Of a stretch of DNA of 54,333 nt, positions 24,929 through 35,621 are shown piece after piece. The position numbers were made by a program, and so were the translations under genes. The DNA comes from Conidiobolus incongruus B7586 (lineage: Eukaryota). The stretch is from NCBI GenBank assembly GCA_000697335.1, contig JNEM01012084.1, forward strand, positions 1 to 54,333, given 5' to 3'. The notes under the pieces were generated by a model that saw nothing but the letters and a program-made list of their open reading frames with translations, ran no database searches and was not told where the DNA came from. The first letter of the stretch is position 1, and each line of letters starts with the position of its first letter.

Positions 24929-26761
24929 ATGGAGAATGCTTTACAACCTCAGGATTATTTTCGAGCTGCTAACCAAATTGAACAAGAAGCTTTATTAGAA
25001 TATCGAAAACATAAAACTAAATGTTTGTATCAAATTTATCAGAGATTAATAGAAAAAAGGTCTAATATTGATGAGAACATTATATGGAATTGGTAATATA
25101 TATTTAGAAAATTTATATAGTACTTTATTAATGGATTAATTGAATATTAACATTAATTTTGATTTAGGCTATATCTATACAACAAAGATCCAGTTATTAA
25201 TTATTATGCTAAATTTCACCCTTATGATATTGAATATAAAGAATTGAGAAGTGAAATTACTCTTCCTTCATGCGACGGTTGGAATCCCGATGACACAGAG
25301 CAACCAGTATATATTCCTCAAATTATTCTAATATTGATTTTAATTTTAATGATTTAGCCTAAACCAACGTATATTACACCGGAAAGTCAAAACAACCCGG
25401 ATTTGTCTCTTATTGTAGATATTAACCAATATAACTCCATCAAAGCCAATTTATGTCAAAAGGACATTGGTTCCTTCTTGGACAAGGACGTAACAAAACA
25501 TTTGGAATTGGATCGCCTTAATCAAACTATTCAACAAACTAACAATGATCCCGCAGAAGATAGCGCTCCCATTGAGATTCCGTCATCACCACCATTGCCA
25601 TTTGCTGGCGAGGAAATTCCTCCTGCAGTAGAACCAATGAATACTGATCACATGCTTCCAACCAATCACTGCTCCAATGCATTACATCAGTCATCATTTC
25701 ATTTTCATAATATACAAAATGCGGCTTCTATTCCTATTGAAGTAGGTCGAGATGCTGTGCTCAGAGAGCCTACCCTTAATTTTTTGCCTCCAAGCTTCAA
25801 ATCACCACGTCTAGAAGCTCAATCTGGTGCCATCATTTCTGACTTTAATATTACTCTCATTGAAGGATTTTCATTTCCATCAGATCCTGATTGTGGTCAA
25901 CTCTGCCAACAGGAAGTGTTGAGCCAGCAAGAAAAGTCAGTTATTGTAATTTCTGATGATGCTTCTCTCGAGAAGATAATCCCACCTACTCTTAATAATG
26001 AATCTCCTGAATCTTCTTCACCAGCCGAAGCACCACAACAGACACCTGCAGTTAAAGCTGAATCTTCTGATCACATTCACAAGCCAGAGCGTACGGTGAT
26101 GAAGTCAGGCCCCGCAATCCGCCCCATGATCACTCCAATATCTCCTGACAGAAAGCCCCATAAACCAGCATTGTGTAAGAGCACTCAGAAAATTAAATTG
26201 GAGCCTGAAACCAAAACTCCTTTATCTTCAAATTCACCAATTGTTACTCGATCAAAGTCTAGAGCACGTAATTCAGTCCGCGAAGACTATATTGGTCATC
26301 TTGCACCCGAGCTCTTGACAGAATATGGACCCACCAAAGTCCAGATTCTTCCGGAACCATCTCGATTCGAATTAACTGACTCTGCCCTCATTGAAAACAC
26401 TCCTACTGTTGAGGAAGCCGAATCTTACATCGAAATAGGCGAAGGGATGACGGATCCATCCCACTTTACTGATGAAAAAATCAAGAAGACACTCCGAATC
26501 CTTCAAAATTCTCATCAGCCCATGTGCCACCATCGCAAAGGCAAACCCATGACAAGTCCCTTGAAACGCACCAAGGAAAGCTTGACTCCTGCAGTTGCCA
26601 AGCGACTCGCATGGATCAATCAAAAAGCCAATGAAAAAAGTTCAGTAATTAGGAAGAAATTTCACGCACCTCCCAAGCCCACAACCCGGGAAATCAACAA
26701 GTACAAGCATGAAATCGAATTACTCGGTATCAAAAAATTCCAAACTTTTCAGAAACATTAG
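24929..26761 (+). CDS. Uncharacterised, probably nuclear protein; 3 exons (24929-25092, 25168-25306, 25358-26761), 568 aa
   Basis: Two GT-AG introns splice an aromatic-rich N-terminal block of about 100 aa in frame onto the 452-aa ORF; disordered Pro/Ser-rich middle and basic C-terminus. No family recognised. Confidence 0.75.
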
Positions 26762-27865
26762 CTCGATTGGCACAATATCTCAAAATTATATAGATTACTA
26801 ACAGTTATCATTATCATTGTATCATTATTCATTTTTTATCAGGTGGAATCGTTTAGTTTAATAAAATTGTATTTATTTATTTTTTTAATTCTTGATCCGA
26901 AAATATATATTTTTCTATTTGTTTTGATTTTTATCTTTTTATCTTTTTATCTATTCAGCAATTTAATAATATCTCAATAGTTCAATAAATTTACAATATT
27001 TATCTTGATACTATTTTGAATAATTTCAATATCAATTTATTAAAATCGTAATATTCAATTATTAATAATAATAAATATTTTGTATCTTTCAATTGAAATT
27101 ATTACCTATTTAACTATTATTTTTATTTCATAATAAATTTCTTTGTTTCATTCTTTAAAATATGAAAAAGATCTTAAATACTAATCAAATAATGATAATA
27201 CCTAAATTATTTAAATAATAAAATTACAAATTATTTTAATAAATATTTTAAATATATGGAATAATATGTTATTAATGAATAAATTAAAGTTTCTCATTAA
27301 TAGTGATATTTATTTTCATCATTTAGAATATAATTTAATTTATAGAATTGTTCAAAAATTTTAAATATAATCAAATTTAATATGCAGTCTATAATATTTT
27401 AAAATATTGTTTTGAATTCAAGTTCTAGTTTGTAACAATAGCAGTATGTTTTCAAGTTTAAAAATTTGTGTTCATACTTTATTGATTTTATTATTTTAAA
27501 AAGCTATAGATTTTAAGAGTCTCCCTAATCTCTTTGATATATACCACGATATAGATATAAAATTTATTTAGGTTAAATGGGAATTTTTTCAAATATAATT
27601 AAAGATTTTGAATAGATAATCTTATTAATATTAAGTCTTAAAACAGGGTGGTATATTGGAAATATTAGATTTGGAACTACTCGAAGATGTTTAATAAATT
27701 TACTAGGTATATGGTATATAGCACATAGTAATTATAATACAATGTACAATAACATTAGTCAAATTATAATACAATAGAATAAGTAATAAATTATCAATAG
27801 TGAAATGAATTAAATCTAATAACAATGCATTTATCGATGTGTATGTAAATATGTTTACTTTACAT

Positions 27866-29282
27866 TTAGTTGACGTCCTTTTGAAGACTCTTAGCTGAGT
27901 ACATCTTGGCAATGGTAGGACATGTGAATTCATTGAGCTGTTGACAGTAAGCGCTGGTTTGGGCATTGATGAGTAGGGAGTCCAAACGGGGAGGTTCTTG
28001 AGGGAGTTTGGACATTTGACTGAGTTGTTCTTCAGTTTCAATGGGGAGAGGAGCAAGACCTTTAGCTTCACGAGAGATATTTTCAGCTTTCTAATGAAAA
28101 ATTAGTACTAGGATCAAATAAATATAACGATAATAAGTTTTACCTTTTGCTGGATGAGTTGTTGGATACGGGCGCTTTCTCTGGCGACAGTTCTTTGCCA
28201 GTAGGCATAGTTGTTTTGTTCACTAACGTGTTCATCAACACATTCGATCAATTGTTCCAAACTCTTTTCAATATAAGGCTCAAGGTTGAGTTCGAGGATG
28301 TTGAAGTTGGGGGATAAGAAGCTGGTGTGGGATGGATCAGGAATAGAGAAGGAAGCAGAAGCACCAGTATGGACAGTGGTATCCAACAAATCGGAGTCAT
28401 CTTGGATTTCATGCATCATAGCATTGACGAGGTGTGAATTATGGAAAGAGATGGGTAATTCTTCTAAGATGTTGGAGAATCCCAAGTTATTTTGTTGCAA
28501 ACTATCAATGAATAAAATTATTAATAGAGTTCTTAGCATTTGATGATTATAAAGAAATATACCTTTCAGTGGTGAACTTATTTTCTTGGTAAACTTCCAT
28601 GAAATTTTGGCTTAAGCGGAAAGCTCTGAAGGAGGCATTACCCATAGAAGAGCGAGATAAATCTAGGATCAGTTAGAATAAAATTATTTAATTATAAATT
28701 GAATAATTATACCATGAACAATAACGACACATTTGCCACCTAAGCTCTTTTGGTAGCTGTATTGAGTATCAACCAAATTTTGGGTTAAAAAGTCACCCAA
28801 ATAGGTGGAAGTATACCAACCGACGGTGTTGCTGTCGGCGTTGACTTCTCTGAGATTACACATCATTTCATGGGTATATCTGGACACTAACAAAATAAAT
28901 ATATTTAATATAAACATTGAAAGCGGAATAATTATATATTAAATTACAGTTAACTTCATCTCTCTTATCATCACTATGTAACTTGGGGAAAGGAAAAGCG
29001 GTAGAAATTTCTAAAACGTTTTTCAAGTCTAAACCTAATAATTGACCACTAGCAACATTAGGGTAACTTTCACGGCAGTGTTTCATAATTTTCATAACAG
29101 CCTATCAAGTAAAAATGATTAATTAATTAAAAAAGAATTTAAAATATAAATAATAAACATACTAAACCATCTAATTGAACTGATTCGACAGGAGCCTTAG
29201 ATTCGGCTTCGGAGTTCAATAATTGTTTAATGTTATAGTTTTCTTTTACGATAGATGATGAAGTAGCTTTCGAAGATGCCAT
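27866..29282 (-). CDS. eIF3h: Eukaryotic translation initiation factor 3 subunit H (MPN domain); 6 exons (29282-29163, 29101-28948, 28886-28713, 28662-28563, 28501-28144, 28090-27866)
   Basis: [17 protein letters not shown]...GQLLGLD...[48 protein letters not shown] and EPSRLDSLL. Confidence 0.95.
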
Positions 29283-29412
29283 CTTTAATAAATTATACCC
29301 AAGTATTGATTATTATTTAATATTATTGATTTATATAATATATTTTCAATCAATATATTTAGATAACTAAACCTAATAATTTCTATATAAAATTTTTCAT
29401 TTTTAGAATGAA

Positions 29413-29421
29413 TTATGGGAT
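29413..29421 (-). promoter_or_regulatory. Recurrent upstream motif ATCCCATAA
   Basis: Plus-strand TTATGGGAT, 131-139 bp upstream of the eIF3h ATG, sense orientation. Confidence 0.55.
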
Positions 29422-30434
29422 CGAATTATATATAGTATCAAAAATATTATTCACCCAAGTTAAATCAATAATTCAAAAATATTTATAAATCAATATATTA
29501 TATTAAAAATTATATTAAAAGGTATTGAAACTTAACATCAAACTTATCAGAAAATAAATAGTTGATTTTAATTAATCATTTTAGTAATTATTATTTTTAT
29601 ATTTTCAAATTTAATATAATCAAAATTTACATTTTAAATCACAAATGATCATATTTAAATTTGAAAATAATGTGAAATATATGAATATTCAGTGTTTCAG
29701 AAAATAATTAATATATATGAATTCATAATTTTAATATCAACATTTATAAGTTTAAGAATGATAACTATCCTTCTCAATTCCGTTATATTTTTTCAGAATG
29801 GTTTTAATTACTGAATAAAATCATAATGAATTTCAATGTTTTAATATTATTATTAGTCATTTTTATCAATTCTAATTACTTGAATTATTTTCTTAATTTT
29901 GTTATATAAACAAATTATTTTTAAATTACATTAGCAATGATATTAAATTTGAATCAAATCGATTAAATCATAATTTAAATACATATTGATAGATCAATTT
30001 ATTGTTAATATTATAAAAATACATCACAAAATTCCACATATTATCAATACATTATCTTGTCATTTAAAATTATTATATAATTGTAGAATCAAATCAGTTA
30101 TACTGGTTTGCGTGTTCGATGTGAAAATGCAATAAACAATATATCTCACATCTTAAATATGCATTTTTGAAATAATCAATCAAAAAGAAAATTAAAAGCC
30201 CAAATGAACTCAATAATTATTTTCATTTTAGTACATAACATAAAATTGTTATATATTTATAATTGTAATTATAGTATTGTTAATAGAAAATAATTTTGAT
30301 TTAGTGAATAAAATAAAATGTTAAAATTTAAATGCAAAATCAATGAAAATTAATAAATTTGTGCAAGAATAATTGTCAGATGAAAAAAAGAATCATAAAA
30401 TCAAAATATCAAAGAATGAAAGAAAAAAGAAAGA

Positions 30435-30506
30435 GGGCTCCAACGGGAATTGAACCCGTGACCTCCCGCACCCAAAGCGGGAATCATACCACTAGACCAT
30501 GAAGCC
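30435..30506 (-). tRNA. tRNA-Pro(TGG), identical to the copy at 21355-21426
   Basis: Exact reverse complement of the first copy; T-rich terminator downstream on the minus strand. Confidence 0.97.
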
Positions 30507-30597
30507 TTACTTAAAGATATAGGAAAAACTCTATAATCAGTTCTATATATTCATCAATTTCAAACAATTTTAACAATTCCGTTTTTCTTCTCATTTA

Positions 30598-30606
30598 ATC
30601 CCATAA
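30598..30606 (+). promoter_or_regulatory. Recurrent upstream motif ATCCCATAA
   Basis: 171-179 bp upstream of the cyclin ATG in sense orientation, between the divergent tRNA-Pro and cyclin genes. Confidence 0.5.
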
Positions 30607-30776
30607 TTTCTTTTGTTATTATTCATTGATCAAAAAATGTCACGACTGGTATTAATAATTCACTAATATACAGTATCTTTCAAATAATTATTCAATCAGT
30701 TTAACTCCTTATTTAATATATAATCTAATTAATACTTGATGAGTTATAATTTTCATAAATAATATATATATTTATC

Positions 30777-32009
30777 ATGAAATCGATTAAGACATTTCAC
30801 AATTCTACACCTCATGACTCATCATTAATTCAAAGTAAAACATATTTTACACGGACCGAAATAGAATATGCTTTATATAAAACCCAAACCGACACCAATT
30901 TTCCGTCGACACTTTTGCTTGCTTCCATTTATTTAATGCGATTAGGCTGTCTTAACGGGTTCCCCAGGACGACAATCAATAGAAGCTTGGTTTATTTAAA
31001 TCAATTTTCATTAATTTATGATTTTAAAGAACATTGCATCAAAGTAAATCTATTTTTATAGACCTTTAATATATTAATTAATTTTTATAGTACATTTGTC
31101 TAGCTTGTCTATTTGTAGCATGTAAAGCTGAAGATACTGTCAAAAAGCTTAAGGATATTATATCCACATCCAATAACTTGAAGGAATCGAGATTTAACCA
31201 GCTCTATATCAATCCGGCCGATTCCGAAGCTCCACAAAATTCAAAGACAGGTAAAGGTGATATTAATCACTTGAATACGGACATGACATCGACACCTAAT
31301 GAAACTCTGATGGAAGACTTGATCCAGCTGATACACAAATACGAATTGATGATACTTGAGCTGAATTCATATAATTTCAACATGGACCATCCCCAGACTT
31401 ACGTCATCAAATTTGGTAGGATTTATCATGGTAATTCTCATCCTTAATCTATCATTCATTAAGTTAACAAACATTATCAGCTCCTTCTAGTTTCATTAGA
31501 CTTGCTTGGGAACTGAGTCACTTCACTTATCTATCTCATCTGTGTCTTCAATACCCACCACACCTTATCGCATGTGGAAGCTACGTCATTGCAACCCATT
31601 TAAAAGCTAATCTATCTCCATTTTTAAACTATCCCAGTTGGTTTGAGACTTATTATTGTGAAAAAGACAATTTATATGGTAATTTTGATCTCCATTCAAC
31701 ATAATCAATCCAATATAACCCATATAATTTATAATAGGTTACATATCTCAACTCATTGAACTACTGATCACAGTGTTGAAATCACCCATCAGCTATCTAA
31801 TCGTCGACAGTTCGATCTCATCCATATCCATCATGGAACTGAACCAGATCAAACTCAAATTAATACAAAACAACGATTGGAAAGACTTTAATCAATTTCG
31901 CTTCGACGATAAATCTTTACACAATATAAAAATATGGTTAAACTACAGAAAAAAATTAAAAAAATCTGAATCTGAGGTAAGATTCGGATTTCAAGAAAAA
32001 ATGCCCTAA
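30777..32009 (+). CDS. Transcriptional cyclin (cyclin K/Ctk2-like); 4 exons (30777-31043, 31091-31430, 31481-31678, 31738-32009)
   Basis: RLGCLNGFPRTTI, ICLACLFVACKAEDTVKKLKDI, YELMILE...YNFNMDHPQTYVIKFGR, AWE...TYLSHLCLQYPPHLIACGS. Confidence 0.88.
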
Positions 32010-32148
32010 TCAAAATTTAAAATTAATAAAATGTACTATATTCAATTTCAAAAATCAAAATATTTTTATTTATTTAATAAAGCTTTATTTCATTAGTTAA
32101 TGATCTTCTTGATTCTGTTGATTTCTGAGGAATTTCTATAATGGAGTC

Positions 32149-32392
32149 TTATATCGTTAATATCTAATGAGTATTAGTGTAAATGTTAATCTCTTACCCT
32201 TTGAGTATATATAAATTTAATACCAATATTAAATAATAATAATTGCTTAACAATGAAATACAACCCCATCTAAATCAAAACTTTTATAAATAATACAATA
32301 AACTTGTGTACCATTTAAATTACGTTTGGGATATTAAAATATAACAAGATGATGGATAATAATTTATGAAAATATAATTTAATTGTATTCAT
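32149..32392 (-). CDS. Candidate 3-exon hydrophobic micro-ORF (51 aa) or gene relic
   Basis: ATG at 32392; introns 32323-32270 (GTAATT..TTTAG) and 32197-32164 (GTAAGA..CTAAT..TTAG) give MNTIKLYFHKLLSIILLYFNIPN-MGLYFIVKQLLLFNIGIKFIYTQR-ILTI*. Could be chance in AT-rich DNA. Confidence 0.25.
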
Positions 32393-33917
32393 GTAAAATA
32401 TTTTGAATTATAATTTACTGAGATTATTGATGTATTTATAATATAATATATATTGAAGTGTATAGTTTGAAGTTTTTGTTATAATCCTAATATTCCCTTT
32501 AGCTTTGTAACATAATAATAATCATAATTGAAATATTATGCTAGGATAAAATTATTAAACAAAAAATAAATAACACTAATAGCCATATTTTATTATATTT
32601 ATAATGAATTCGATCTTATTTATTTTATACTATATCATATTGTAATTCGGATTTCCAATCAAATCATACTAAAATTTTTTTAATCTAATAATTTTTAACA
32701 AGTGTTAAAAATTTAGGAGATAATACTAATTGAATATAAAGAAGTATATTATATATTAAATTAAATCTTGTTATTGATATTATTATATTTATTTTTTATT
32801 ATTATATCAAGCTTTAATTATGATATAATTCATATATGAATCCCTTGTACAGATATAGAAAAAAGAATAATTGATTGGAATCATTTTTACATTCCAAGAT
32901 TAATTAAATTGAGCATACTATTTTCATTTGGTTAGGAAATTATTTTAAATTGATTATTAGATACTTGGTAATTGAATGCTAAAAATTGAACGAATATAAA
33001 TCATTATCCTGACTTTATTTAAAAAACAAAGATCATTCAAAAATTTCCTTCTCTCATTTTATTTACTATTTCGTTTTTAACCCAGGTAACAGATGCTTTT
33101 TTTATCACTTTTTTGACCCATCGAGTCTCTATGGGCACAAATATAGAAATGTTTAGAAAACTACCATTATTTCAGACATCAAATTCTTTTAAAAATATTA
33201 CCATTATGGATGCCTCATTATTCTTTGGATTGACAGAAGATTGTCTACGATGATTAAAAACCTGATGTTGAAATTTTTTATTATTCAAGTAATAAATATA
33301 ATACCTAAACTCAAATTCGATTTTCTATTCTATATTTCAACTAGAACCTAATTTGTTTGGCAAACTATTTGACAATAAAAAAATATAATAAAATGTGGAA
33401 ATTTTTCATATTATGTCAATTCAAAAAATAAAAATACTATGTAATTATTCAATGATTAATAGTATTCTATTTTTATCATATTTATAGTATGTTACAAATT
33501 TAATTTGGTTCAAAATTTTGACTCATTTGATTATGTTATTGTTTTAGCGAAACATGAAATAAATTTGAGATAAAAAACATGTGAATTTGTTATTAAAAAG
33601 AAATTTAATGGACTAATTAGGTAAATCATTCAAATTTTTGGTTTAAAATTTCCAAATTTCAAATCTAAAACTACTAGTTGATTACTGCAATTTGTAACTA
33701 CTTTATTGTTTGAAATAGACGGAGTTTTTGAAAGAAATTAGATTCAAAGAGATTTGATTCAAAGTTATAGTTCTCAATGATTAGGTAAACCTAGTTTCAA
33801 AGTTACTGTCAAACTTGGCCACTATTCAGGTCATTTTGAATATAATTCTTATATAAATAAAACTGAAAGTCTTTGTAACCACAGTTTTTGTAACGATATT
33901 TCATCAACTCAATTATA

Positions 33918-35621
33918 ATGATTGTTTTAAATTCTTTAATTATTAATTTATTATTAGCAGATATACATAGTGCAAGAGTAACGGGAATGGAGAGGCTCCA
34001 TATACAGCGATCTCCTTTTCCGTTTATGAGCAAATCACATGCTCAGCTTGCAGCTAGCTCACTCAATCAGATTCAAAAATTTGATCCAAAAATCAGCTCA
34101 ATTGCAGCTCACTCAGTAAATTCTGATCCTTTGAATTCTTTTAAAAACAGTCAAAAACCATCATTCAAAGCCGCATCAACAGATCAACCAAATCAACAAT
34201 TACAAATTCAATCCAATCCTCTTCAGCTTAATCCAATACAGAGTTTGCCATTACCTGATCAGAAACTGAACTTACAACCATCTATACCCCTCGAAGAAAA
34301 TAATCCTAATGAGCCATTAGTAAATCCTGAAGACAATGTGGAGAAAATGATTCAACAGCAACCACAACAAAATCAACAGGAGAATAGTGGATCTTTGAAC
34401 TTGTCACAGCAAGAGTCTAACAACAATGAAACTGGCCAAGCAAACGGCCCTTCTCAACAGCCCAACTCAGTCCCACTTGAAACTCAGGCAGAAATACCTG
34501 CCAAATTGCTAAAGTCTTCAACGTCACTGCCTGAGGACTTTGAAGATGGTCCTCAAGATGAAAACCTCAGATCTATTAACCTTGAGTTGACTAAAGCAGA
34601 TCATAATCCAGTATTTTTAATGAGCACTGATGGCTCAAATACTCAGAATCACTCATCGAATGAGTTAAGCCCTACATTTGCCACTAATAATGAGGAAATG
34701 GTCTCTAGTCCAATGATAAATCTATCTCAAGCTGATCCGCAGGTTGTCATTTCACAAAATGAGCATAATCTTCAGCAAGCCCCTATTCATGTTTCAGAAG
34801 GTGTAGATTCTGCTCCACAGCCTTTACCCCAGGTTGCTGCCCCTGCCACTCCATTAACGCCTGCACAATCTCCTGCTCCAATTCCTATTGCTCCAGCACA
34901 ATCTCCTGCTCCCCCTGCTCCCCCTATTCAACAACCTGCCACTCCTTTACAGCCACATACTCTACCTCAACCCCAGCCTAATGCACAACCGCAAGCTTCT
35001 GCAAATATACCTCAGCCTCAACCCCAGGCTCAACCCCAACTCCGACCTCAACCACCATCACAACCTCAGCAGCAACCACAACCACAACCACAACCACAAC
35101 CAAATTTCCCTATCAATCAAAACGATAAAAATGATATAGTCAAACCTAATCTTCCTCCAAATCAAGCACCAACCACTGTAAATCCACCTAACATTGCCAA
35201 TCCACCACAAACTCCTTCACCACCAACCCCATCACCATCGCCTCCTTCTCCTCCCCCTCCACCACCACCACCTCCATCTGAGGCACCAAGCAATAATCCT
35301 ACCAACAATTCCGATTCTTTTCCTGCACCAACACCTGCACCTTCAGAGTCACCAACATCTCTACCCACCTCAGCATCAGAGCCCCAGCCAACGACAAGCG
35401 CATCATCTGAATCGCCAACAGCCGAATCAACTAACTCCACACAAGCATCCAACTCAGAGAGTGCATCGAAATCACCGAACAGCACTTCATCATCCTACGT
35501 CTTCCGATCTGTTCGTCCAATTAATACACTTATGGACTCGGACAGTAATCACATCTCATATTATTTCAACAAACCATTAGCAGCCTTTTTGATATTCTTA
35601 TCACTTCTATATCTAAATTAA
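33918..35621 (+). CDS. Secreted, probably GPI-anchored Pro/Gln/Ser/Thr-rich surface protein, 567 aa, intronless
   Basis: Hydrophobic N-terminus MIVLNSLIINLLLADIHSA; no Cys or Trp; PAQSPAP x2, (QP)n and poly-Pro tracts; S/T stalk; hydrophobic C-terminus PLAAFLIFLSLLYLN preceded by DSDS. Confidence 0.8.
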   Translation: MIVLNSLIINLLLADIHSARVTGMERLHIQRSPFPFMSKSHAQLAASSLNQIQKFDPKISSIAAHSVNSDPLNSFKNSQKPSFKAASTDQPNQQLQIQSNPLQLNPIQSLPLPDQKLNLQPSIPLEENNPNEPLVNPEDNVEKMIQQQPQQNQQENSGSLNLSQQESNNNETGQANGPSQQPNSVPLETQAEIPAKLLKSSTSLPEDFEDGPQDENLRSINLELTKADHNPVFLMSTDGSNTQNHSSNELSPTFATNNEEMVSSPMINLSQADPQVVISQNEHNLQQAPIHVSEGVDSAPQPLPQVAAPATPLTPAQSPAPIPIAPAQSPAPPAPPIQQPATPLQPHTLPQPQPNAQPQASANIPQPQPQAQPQLRPQPPSQPQQQPQPQPQPQPNFPINQNDKNDIVKPNLPPNQAPTTVNPPNIANPPQTPSPPTPSPSPPSPPPPPPPPPSEAPSNNPTNNSDSFPAPTPAPSESPTSLPTSASEPQPTTSASSESPTAESTNSTQASNSESASKSPNSTSSSYVFRSVRPINTLMDSDSNHISYYFNKPLAAFLIFLSLLYLN

